From Alphaproteobacteria bacterium (GTDB lineage Bacteria; Pseudomonadota; Alphaproteobacteria; UBA11222): a stretch of 63,671 nt of DNA. Made by a program: the position numbers and the translations under genes. The stretch's first letter is position 1; every line of letters begins with the position of its first letter. The stretch is taken from NCBI GenBank assembly GCA_009693835.1, contig SHWM01000003.1, positions 1-63,671 of the forward strand, read 5' to 3'. Under the pieces are notes generated by a model. It was not told the DNA's origin, searched no databases, and worked only from the letters and a program-made list of their open reading frames with translations. Positions 40,198 through 48,314 of the stretch are shown here, in pieces.

Positions 40198-41166
40198 ATG
40201 AAATACGTCAATCTGGGCACAACGGGCCTCAAAGTTTCAAAAATCTGTCTGGGCTGCATGACCTACGGGTCGAAGAAATGGCGTCCCTGGGTGCTGGAAG
40301 ATGCGGAGTCGCAACCGCTGCTGCGCAAGGCGATTGATCAGGGCATCAACTTCTTTGACACGTCCAACAGCTATTCCATCGGCGTCAGCGAAGAAATCCT
40401 TGGCCGCGCCATCAAGGCCTATGGACCGCGTGAAAAAGTGGTGATCGCTACCAAGGTCTGGGGCCAGATGAGTTCTGATGCCAATGACCGCGGTCTGTCG
40501 CGCAAGAATATCATGCAATCGATCGATGCGAGCCTCAAGCGGCTGCAGATGGATTATGTCGATCTGTACCAGATTCACAGGTTTGATCCGCGCACGCCGC
40601 TCGAGGAAACGCTCGATGCGCTCAATGACGTCGTGCGGGCAGGCAAGGTCCTGTATATCGGAGCGTCCTCGATGCATGCCTGGCAGTTCATGAAGGCGCT
40701 CTCCATTCAGGACCGCCGCGGCTACGCCAGATTTGTCACCATGCAGAACCATTACAACCTGCTGTATCGTGAAGAAGAAAATGAAATGATCCCGCTGTGC
40801 CGCGAAGAAGGCGTTGGCCTGATTCCCTGGTCGCCGCTGGCGCGCGGCCTGCTGGCGGGCAATCTCGCGGCTGGCACCACACGTTCGCAGACCGATGATC
40901 TGTCCAGGCAATGGTTCAAGCCGGAACTGGATCAGCCGGTCCTGGATGCGGTGGGCGAGGTAGCGCGGGCGCACAATACCACACCGGCGCAGGTGGCGCT
41001 GGCCTGGATCATGACGAAGTCGCCGGTGTCGGCGCCCATCATCGGGGCCTCAAAGTCGGGCCATCTGGATGATGCGGCCGGCGCCATAGAAATCGCATTG
41101 AGCGCCGATGACATCAAAAAGCTCGAAGCGCCCTACCGTGCGCACCCGCTCACCGGCCATAATTAG
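40198..41166 (+). CDS. aldo/keto reductase (copy 2 of a tandem pair)
   Basis: 322 aa, collinear with the upstream copy over its full length. By eye roughly four of five residues are identical, and both copies share a CAGGGAGA-type SD. Confidence 0.88.
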   Translation: MKYVNLGTTGLKVSKICLGCMTYGSKKWRPWVLEDAESQPLLRKAIDQGINFFDTSNSYSIGVSEEILGRAIKAYGPREKVVIATKVWGQMSSDANDRGLSRKNIMQSIDASLKRLQMDYVDLYQIHRFDPRTPLEETLDALNDVVRAGKVLYIGASSMHAWQFMKALSIQDRRGYARFVTMQNHYNLLYREEENEMIPLCREEGVGLIPWSPLARGLLAGNLAAGTTRSQTDDLSRQWFKPELDQPVLDAVGEVARAHNTTPAQVALAWIMTKSPVSAPIIGASKSGHLDDAAGAIEIALSADDIKKLEAPYRAHPLTGHN

Positions 41167-41190
41167 CCGGGGACGGATGCAAGGCGTATT

Positions 41191-41607
41191 TCAGCGCGGC
41201 ATGGGGGGCTGTTCGTCTATTTTGACTTTGGTTTCGAGCCCGGACAGCCATGGGAACGCGGAACGCCGCCATATCTGAATGGTCGGGGTCAGGCCCGCCC
41301 GCTGCCGGGATGTGGCGACACGCAGGGAATAGGCCTGAGGGTCATCGGCGTCCCGGCCATAAATATGGGTGCCGCATTCGGGACAGAAGGACAGCGCCCG
41401 TTTCGCGCCGCTTTGGGCTATCTTGATTTAGGTTTTCAGTTGGCCGCCCAGCAGGCGGAAATCATCCTTGCCAATCAGCGTTCCGATGCGAAATTCCGAT
41501 CCGGAATTGATCTGGCAATCGGTACAGTGGCAGATGGATATTCTCGCTGGATCAATCTCGGCTTCATACGTAACGAGACCGCACAGACAGCTTCCGTCTA
41601 TTTTCAC
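41191..41607 (-). pseudogene. GFA (glutathione-dependent formaldehyde-activating / CENP-V) family gene with an in-frame TAA
   Basis: From GTG 41607 my translation reads (M)KIDGSCLCGLVTYEAEIDPARISICHCTDCQINSGSEFRIGTLIGKDDFRLLGGQLKT, then TAA (41428-41430). It continues in the same frame as IKIAQSGAKRALSFCPECGTHIYGRDADDPQAYSLRVATSRQRAGL...PWLSGLETKVKIDEQPPMPR*. The Cys motifs CxC, CHCxxC and CPxCG are the GFA zinc ligands. The two halves are too short, or lack a start codon, so they do not appear in the ORF track. Confidence 0.75.
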
Positions 41608-41694
41608 AATTATATTCCCTTTCCATTACCGCCATTGTCTCGCGCCGGACTAATATTCAAATGGCCTTAATCAGAAGCCCGTGGCGCATGGCGG

Positions 41695-42057
41695 CTATTT
41701 TCCGAACAGCGCATGATAGCGTTCCGGCTTGAACCCGACCAGTATTTCGCCTTCCGTGACGAGCACTGGCCGTTTGATCATCGAGGGATTGGCGGCCATC
41801 AGGGCGATCGCCCTGTTTTCGTCCAGCCCGGTTTTATCTGCGTCCGGCAAGGCCCGGAAAGTGGTCCCCGCACGGTTCAGCAGCAGCTCCCAGCCCACCT
41901 GCTGTGACCAGCCCTGCACCAGGCCGCGATCAGCCCCTGCGGTTTTATAGTCGTGAAAAACATATTCGATCCCTTGCGCCTCCAGCCATGCGCGCGCCTT
42001 TTTCATCGTGTCGCAGTTACGGATGCCGTGGATGGTAACCGTTCTGGCCTTCGCCAT
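41695..42057 (-). CDS. ArsC/Spx/YffB family reductase-like protein
   Basis: 120 aa containing TIHGIRNCDTMKKARAWLEAQGIEYVFHDYK...MIKRPVL..., typical of the YffB subgroup. Confidence 0.8.
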   Translation of the reverse strand: MAKARTVTIHGIRNCDTMKKARAWLEAQGIEYVFHDYKTAGADRGLVQGWSQQVGWELLLNRAGTTFRALPDADKTGLDENRAIALMAANPSMIKRPVLVTEGEILVGFKPERYHALFGK

Positions 42058-42145
42058 GTCAATGCTCCGCCCTGGTGATTTATCTATTATGGCATGTTAA
42101 GCCGTACACTGAGAAAGTACAGGGTCGGCGTTTATTCAATGTCTT

Positions 42146-44014
42146 TTGAGAATTATCAAAGACACCACCGGCAAGTTCGTGCATGTGTTATCTCTATCCA
42201 ACTGGACACCACCTGCGGAGGCGCGTTTGACCGAGGCGATTAACATTGCCGCCTATAGTGACGCCCTGGTGATACTCGGTACGGCGGGAATTGTGGTGCC
42301 ACTGGTGGGCAGGTCAGGCATCAGTCCGGTCATAGGCTATCTGGGCGCCGGGGCCGTGCTTGGCCCGCTGGGGTTGGGATCCTTTATTGGCGAATTTCCA
42401 TTTCTCTCCTGGTTTACGATTAACAACACCGGGAATGTGTCGCGTTTCGCGGACCTGGGTGTGGTGTTCCTGTTTTTTCTAATTGGACTGGAACTGTCCT
42501 TTGCCCGCCTGATGTCCATGCGCCGTCTGGTTTTTGGATTGGGCGGGCTGCAGATCGCTAATACCATGACGATACTTAGTATTCTCGCGTGGCTGGCAGG
42601 CCAGCGCCCGACAGTGGCCATCATTCTGGGAGCCAGTCTTGCACTCTCCTCAACGGCTATTGTGCTTGACATGCTTTCCACTCAGGGGCGTGTACTCACC
42701 GGCGCGGGCCGGGCAAGCTTCTCCGTGCCGCTGGCGCAGGATCTGGCCGTCATTCCCTTGCTGATGTTTATCTCGATCCTGGGCAGTCATACTGAAGAGA
42801 GCCTGATCGTGAGCCTCGGTCAGGCGCTGGCGCAGGCCGTTCTGGCGGTTTCGGTCATTGTCATGGCGGGCCGGGTCTTGCTGCGGCCAATATTCCGTCT
42901 GGTCGGCAGCCTCCGTTCGGAGGAGCTGTTCATAGCGGCCGTCCTGTTCGTCATCATTGGTATTGGCGTCATCGCGTCGGTGGCGGGTCTGTCAATGACG
43001 CTGGGCGCGTTCATTGCGGGCCTCCTGCTGGCCGAGACGGAATATCGCAGGGCCATTCACGCCGCCATAAAGCCATTTCAGGGTATCTTGCTTGGCATAT
43101 TTTTCTTTACCGTTGGCATGAATATCGACCCGCATGCATTGGCGCGCGAGCCGCTGCTGATCCTCGCTGCGGTGACCGCACTCATCACCACCAAGGCATC
43201 CGTGCTTATTATACTCTCAAAGTTTTTCAAAATGACCTGGTCCGCCGCCATTGAAACGGGCCTGTTGCTGGGGGCGGGCGGCGAGTTTGCCTTTGTGGTT
43301 TTAGCGCTGGCCACTGCGCTGGGGCTGATCGGCGCCGACATTACCCGCTTCACCCTTGTTGTTACGTCACTGACCGTGCTGCTGATTCCGCTGCTTTCTG
43401 TTTTGGCACAGCGTCTGGACAAGTTTCTGGAGAAGTCTAAAACGCCCGATCCTGAACTGACCATTTTGCCAGTCATCCTTCAAAAACACGCCATCGTGAT
43501 CGGCTATGGGCGCGTCGGCAAGGTTGTGTCAACGCTGCTGGAACGCCACGGCGTACCCTATACGGCCACCGATTATGACGCCCGGATGGTGGCGAAGGAC
43601 CGCCGCAATGGATTTGAGGTTTTTTATGGCGATGCGGCCAACCGGGCCTTTCTGGAGGCCTGCGGCCTGATGCAGGCAACGGGTGTCATCATCACGATTA
43701 ATTCTTATCCCATTATTGACGACATTATCCGGCAGGTAAGGGAAATGAGACCGGACATCATTATTGTTTCCAGGGCGCGGGACGCGGCGCACGCAAAACA
43801 TATGTATGAGATGGGCGTCACCGATGCCGTGCCCGAGACGATTGAAGCCAGCCTTCATCTGTCTGAGGCGGCGCTGGTCGCGTTTGGTGTGCCTGCCGGA
43901 TTCGCCATCGCGTCGGTTCACGAACAGCGGGACGAATTCCGCAAGGAACTGCAGCTTGCCGCCAGGCTTTCCGGGGCGGAAACATCACATGGGATGCGCG
44001 CGAAATCCGTGTGA
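42146..44014 (+). CDS. monovalent cation:proton antiporter-2 (CPA2) family protein, KefB/KefC-like with a C-terminal TrkA-N (RCK) domain
   Basis: It has a multi-TM Na_H_exchanger-type domain followed by HAIVIGYGRVGKVV (Rossmann GxGxxG). The TTG start at 42146 is uncertain, and in-frame GTGs lie at 42179 and 42185. Confidence 0.85.
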   Translation: MRIIKDTTGKFVHVLSLSNWTPPAEARLTEAINIAAYSDALVILGTAGIVVPLVGRSGISPVIGYLGAGAVLGPLGLGSFIGEFPFLSWFTINNTGNVSRFADLGVVFLFFLIGLELSFARLMSMRRLVFGLGGLQIANTMTILSILAWLAGQRPTVAIILGASLALSSTAIVLDMLSTQGRVLTGAGRASFSVPLAQDLAVIPLLMFISILGSHTEESLIVSLGQALAQAVLAVSVIVMAGRVLLRPIFRLVGSLRSEELFIAAVLFVIIGIGVIASVAGLSMTLGAFIAGLLLAETEYRRAIHAAIKPFQGILLGIFFFTVGMNIDPHALAREPLLILAAVTALITTKASVLIILSKFFKMTWSAAIETGLLLGAGGEFAFVVLALATALGLIGADITRFTLVVTSLTVLLIPLLSVLAQRLDKFLEKSKTPDPELTILPVILQKHAIVIGYGRVGKVVSTLLERHGVPYTATDYDARMVAKDRRNGFEVFYGDAANRAFLEACGLMQATGVIITINSYPIIDDIIRQVREMRPDIIIVSRARDAAHAKHMYEMGVTDAVPETIEASLHLSEAALVAFGVPAGFAIASVHEQRDEFRKELQLAARLSGAETSHGMRAKSV

Positions 44015-44046
44015 CGCCGTAGACGGCCTGTAGCGTCTGCGAGAAT

Positions 44047-45033
44047 CTATCGCGCCCCCTGCACCGCCGCCGCCAGCGGCTCCAGCGTTTCCAGATCATC
44101 GGGGCTAAGAATCAATGCGGCAGCCTTCGCATTCTCCTCAAGACGGCTGGGCTTACGCGTCCCCGGTATCGGCACGACCGTCAGGCCATGAACGCTGGCG
44201 CGCTGATGCACCCATGCAAGCCCCACCTGTCCGGTAGTAACCCCCCGGCGGGTGGCCAGCGCGCGTATCTGCGCCACAAGCCGTTCATTGGCCGCGCCAC
44301 TTTCGCCGATGAAACGCGGTCTCGAGACGCGGTAATCGCCTTCGCCAAATCCCGGCGCCACACCGGTCAGCAGCCCGCGGCCCAGCGGCGAAAAAGCTAC
44401 GAAGGCAATGCCCAGTTCGGCTGCCGCTGGCACGACTTTTGGCTCGGCGTCGCGCGAGAACAGCGACCATTCCGATTGCAGCGCGGTAATGGGGTGAATG
44501 GCGTGGGCTTCGCGCAGCTCCCCGGCCGATACCTCGGAAAGCCCCAGATAGCGCACCTTGCCGGCTGTGATCAGACCGGCCATGGCCCCTATCGAATCGG
44601 CGAGCGGCACCTTGGGATCCCGCCGGTGCATGAAATAAAGATCGATCACATCAACGCCCAGCCGCCGCAGAGAGGCGTCCACCGCCGCGCGTATATATTC
44701 CGGTTTATTGTCAAGGCCGAAATAAGCCGGATTATCGGTGCGCCGCACGATGCCGAATTTGGTGGCCAGAAACACTTCCTTGCGGCGCGCGCGCACCACC
44801 TTGCCGATCAGCTCCTCATTGTGCCCCATCCCGTACATATCGGCTGTGTCGATCATGGTGATGCCCAGATCCAACGCCAGATTCAATGTGGCGAGGGATT
44901 CCTTTTCATCGGAGGCGCCGTAAAATTCACTCATGCCCATGCAGCCAAAACCCTGCGCGCCGACAGCCGGCCCGTTTTTACCGAGCGTCGTCAGTGGAAT
45001 TATATTTGCTTTACCGGTCATTTCAGCTTCCAT
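44047..45033 (-). CDS. aldo/keto reductase (third AKR in the window, a different subfamily)
   Basis: Contains LGKNGPAVGAQGFGCMGMSEFYG...IDTADMYG...NEELIG...DVIDLYFMHRRD...YLGLSE... Confidence 0.85.
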   Translation of the reverse strand: MEAEMTGKANIIPLTTLGKNGPAVGAQGFGCMGMSEFYGASDEKESLATLNLALDLGITMIDTADMYGMGHNEELIGKVVRARRKEVFLATKFGIVRRTDNPAYFGLDNKPEYIRAAVDASLRRLGVDVIDLYFMHRRDPKVPLADSIGAMAGLITAGKVRYLGLSEVSAGELREAHAIHPITALQSEWSLFSRDAEPKVVPAAAELGIAFVAFSPLGRGLLTGVAPGFGEGDYRVSRPRFIGESGAANERLVAQIRALATRRGVTTGQVGLAWVHQRASVHGLTVVPIPGTRKPSRLEENAKAAALILSPDDLETLEPLAAAVQGAR

Positions 45034-45239
45034 TCATTTGAGACGGCTTACTATAGGGCCTGACTAATGTGGGTGGTCAAGGGGTACGGCCAATCAACTA
45101 TTGAAGAGCGAAGTTATCCGGTCAAACTGATTGAGCGGACGCCACTGTCCTCTCCTCAAATTCATGGCCAGTTGCGGCTTGTCATGAACCAGCGGGAGGG
45201 GTTAGCCTGTATCGGACAACGTGACATCTGGAGAAGTGC

Positions 45240-46109
45240 ATGCCATTTCCATCTGATCGTGTGGGGCTACAGCTTCCGCCCTATGAATACGACGTCTCGG
45301 TGCGCAAGGTCCTAGCCTACTCGGCTGGAATTGGTGCGTCTGAGCCCGCTTTTCTGGATGATCTTCAGGACGGCGGCCTGCGCGCCCTGCCATTTCAGTG
45401 CGTCACGCCGGAATGGCCCGTGGTGCTGTCGATGCGTCAGCAACTGGGCGAAGCGCTGACGCCGGACGAGGCCCGCAGGGGGGTGCATGCGGTACAGGAT
45501 TCCATCTTCCATCGGCCAATGCGGCCAGGCGACCGGCTGGTCACCGAGGGACAACTGGTTTCCGCCACGCCCATAAGGTCCGGTGTGTTGACCGTATGCC
45601 GTCTGATCACCCGCGAGCGGGACAGCAATGCCCCGGTGACCACAACCTGGACCAGCTCGATCTTTCTGAACACCGCTTTGACAGGCGGCCCGGTAACGAT
45701 TGCATCGCCTCCGGTACTTTCATCAGCTGAAGAGCTCCAGCCTCCGGGCGCTAATGCGCGGACGGACACGATATTCATCCCGAAAGAAATGCCGCATGTC
45801 TATTCTGAATGCGCGGACATCTGGAACCCGATTCATACGGAGCGCAAAGAGGCGCTGGCGGCAGGGCTGCCGGACATCATTCTGCACGGGACCGCGACCT
45901 GGGCGCTGGCGGGGCTAACTATTTTGAGGCGGTACAGATCAAACAATCCGGCGGCTATGAAACGCATCACCGGGCGGTTCGCGGGCATGGTCCTGCCGGG
46001 CGAGGACATTACAGTCCGGCATGAACCGGGACCACCGGGAATTGTGCGTTTTGAGGTGCGGACCGCTTCGGGCGCCGCCGCCATCACACAAGGCGTCGCC
46101 TGGTTATAA
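45240..46109 (+). CDS. MaoC-like (double hot-dog fold) dehydratase family protein
   Basis: 289 aa. The C-terminal half, ...YSECADIWNPIHTERKEALAAGLPDIILHGTATWALA..., resembles a MaoC dehydratase, and the N-terminal half resembles the MaoC_dehydrat_N hot-dog. The assignment rests on motif recall only. Confidence 0.6.
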   Translation: MPFPSDRVGLQLPPYEYDVSVRKVLAYSAGIGASEPAFLDDLQDGGLRALPFQCVTPEWPVVLSMRQQLGEALTPDEARRGVHAVQDSIFHRPMRPGDRLVTEGQLVSATPIRSGVLTVCRLITRERDSNAPVTTTWTSSIFLNTALTGGPVTIASPPVLSSAEELQPPGANARTDTIFIPKEMPHVYSECADIWNPIHTERKEALAAGLPDIILHGTATWALAGLTILRRYRSNNPAAMKRITGRFAGMVLPGEDITVRHEPGPPGIVRFEVRTASGAAAITQGVAWL

Positions 46110-46173
46110 GCCTTCACAAAAGACAGTTTCCCTGTTTGGCGGGCCAGCCGTCTTAAGCCTGGCGATGCCTGTC

Positions 46174-47876
46174 TTAAGCGGCGCGCACTTCGCTCAGGAA
46201 GGATTCAACTTCCTGGCGCAACCTTGCACTGCTGGAGGCCAGTTCCGACGCGGCGCCCAGAACCTGGGTTGAACCGGAGCTGGTCTGCTGCGCAGCCTCG
46301 GTCACGGCCGAGATGTTCGAGGACACTTCGATGGTGCCCTGCGAGGCCTGCTGGATGTTGCTTGAAATCTCCTGCGTCGCCGCGCCCTGCTCCTCCACTG
46401 ATGTCGCGATGACGGCGGAAATTTCCTTCACCCTGTTGATGGTTTCGGTGATTTCCACGATCGCCTGGGCAGACGCATTCGTAGCGTCCTCCATGGCGCG
46501 CACCTGACCGGCAATTTCCTCGGTCGCCTTGGCAGTCTGGGTCGCTAGCCCCTTCACTTCGGCAGCCACCACCGCAAAGCCCTTACCTGCCTCGCCAGCG
46601 CGCGCCGCCTCGATGGTGGCGTTCAGCGCCAGCAGATTGGTCTGGCCCGCGATTTCATTGATCAGGGTGACGACGGCGCCGATCTTCTGCGCCGCTTCGG
46701 ACAGCGATTTGACCTTGCCGTTGGTCGCCTCGGCCTGGGCCACCGCATTACTGACAATACGGCTTGATTCCGTTGCCTGGCTGTCAATTTCCCGGATAGA
46801 GACAGAAAGCTCTTCCGTCGCCGAGGCCACGGTCTGCACATTCATCGTGGTCTGTTCCGTCGCCGCCGCCACCGCCATCGACTGGCGCGAGGTTTCTTCG
46901 GAGGAAGCGGACAGAGACTGCGCCGTCGCCTGCAGTTCGGTCGCCGCAGAACTGACCGAGCCGACAATTTCGGAGATGACCCTGTCAAACGCCGTTACCA
47001 TGCCTTCCACTTTCTTGCCGCGCTCGATCTGACGCTCCTGCTCCACCGCCTGTTGCTTACGCAGGCGCTCCGCCTCGATCAGATTGTTCTTGAATATCTC
47101 CAGCGCAGCGGCAATTTCCCCGATATCGTCCTTGCGGTCCGTGCCAAAAATCTGAACGGATGTTTCACCGCGCGCCAGCGTGTTGATGTTGTTGATGGAC
47201 GCGGACAGGGGCTTGCTGATGCCGGCCGTGGCCAGCAGGTACCCAAAGGCCACGCCACCGATAATTCCGCCAATGGCGATTACCATCATGAGAGTTTCGG
47301 CTGTGCCTGCATCATCCGCGGCCTTCTGAATAAAACTGCGGGAGTTGCCGGAAGTATAGTCGACATATTCCTGAACTGAACTCTCGAGAGCTTCCACCGT
47401 CGGGCGGCGTTTTTTCAGGGATTCATTAATGGCCACCTGGGCCTCGCTGCTTTGCACGCTGGCGCCATATTTATCCATCATGTTAAAACTGTCATCCAGT
47501 TCCGCCAGATACGTTTTGTGGGTCTTGTCCACTGCTTTCAGAAGTTCCAGTTGTTTTTCGTCCCCTTTGGACTCAAGCTTGGCCAATCGCTCTTCCAAAT
47601 CAGATTTATTTTTTTCCACTTCCTTTTTAATTGCCGCGAGGGTGGCCGCAGACGGGTCAGTAGCCGCCACGTATTCGCGCGATTCAATGTGACGACAATC
47701 TGATTCAGCCCTTCTCCCAACAGCGCCTCGGATGAGGTCAGACCCACTTCAGAGGTGGCGTTATTCATGTCGCTGATGAAATACATGCCGGTTGCGGCTA
47801 CCGCTATGGTAACTGCGGACAATACAGCAACCAGAAAGAGCAGCTTGCTCCGGATTTTGAGATTGACGAAATTCAT
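46174..47876 (-). pseudogene. methyl-accepting chemotaxis protein (4HB-type sensor, HAMP, MA domain) with a 1-nt frameshift
   Basis: The N-terminal piece (track ORF 47538-47915, real start MNFVNLKIRSK at 47876) carries TM1 and reads ...[10 protein letters not shown]. The conserved continuation [19 protein letters not shown]... lies in the next frame (track ORF 46174-47670). Restoring one G in CGCGCG^AAT near 47676 gives [13 protein letters not shown]. Downstream are TM2, HAMP and the highly conserved signalling hairpin (...[40 protein letters not shown]...). Confidence 0.8.
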
Positions 47877-48281
47877 GGGATAGCCCCGCGATGACAGGAT
47901 ATTACTGGCGTCCACTACTAAATGCGCACCAAGGTGACAGCAGCGTGGATATAATAATCAGTAGCGGGAAAATACTAATTCTCTGTTACCGGTGAACGCC
48001 GAAGGGTGGGGGCTGCCCCCTGGATTGCCGCGCCTGTGCGCGGGCCCGCGCACGGGCGCATAGCCGGCCGGGATTGAATTTATGTCTTTTTTTAGGGGGT
48101 TACATGCGCTGCCGCCGGTCCAAAAAAGAACCCGGCGTTGGCGGCCCGCCCCCGATCACACTTGCACACAGGGAAATTAATTTTTTCTGGGCGCTGTTCA
48201 GACCCGTATGACGAGGGGATTTTGCGCTGCCGGTTCGGCGCGGATAAAGAGTTACGGCCAGTGCACAGACAGCCCGAAGGC

Positions 48282-48304
48282 GGGCGCGGGATAGCCCCGC
48301 GCCC
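48282..48304 (-). terminator. perfect 9-bp GC hairpin just downstream of the deacylase stop (possible terminator, no clear U-tract)
   Basis: GGGCGCGGG-atagc-CCCGCGCCC lies 10 nt beyond the TAG at 48315-48317. Confidence 0.3.
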
Positions 48305-48314
48305 GATAGGCTTG

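Noticed and set aside
25971-41430. The idea that the in-frame TAG (comEC) and TAA (GFA gene) reflect stop-codon reassignment or programmed readthrough.
   Set aside because: TAG and TAA clearly terminate many well-delimited genes in the same window, for example TAA for sufB and TAG for gltA and ppx. Two different stop codons are involved. The same window also has plain frameshifts. Ordinary nonsense mutations explain the data more simply.
41365-41670. A 101-aa + strand ORF in the apparent gap between the second AKR and the arsC-like gene.
   Set aside because: The opposite strand encodes a complete GFA-family frame with a single in-frame TAA, so the + strand ORF is its antisense shadow.
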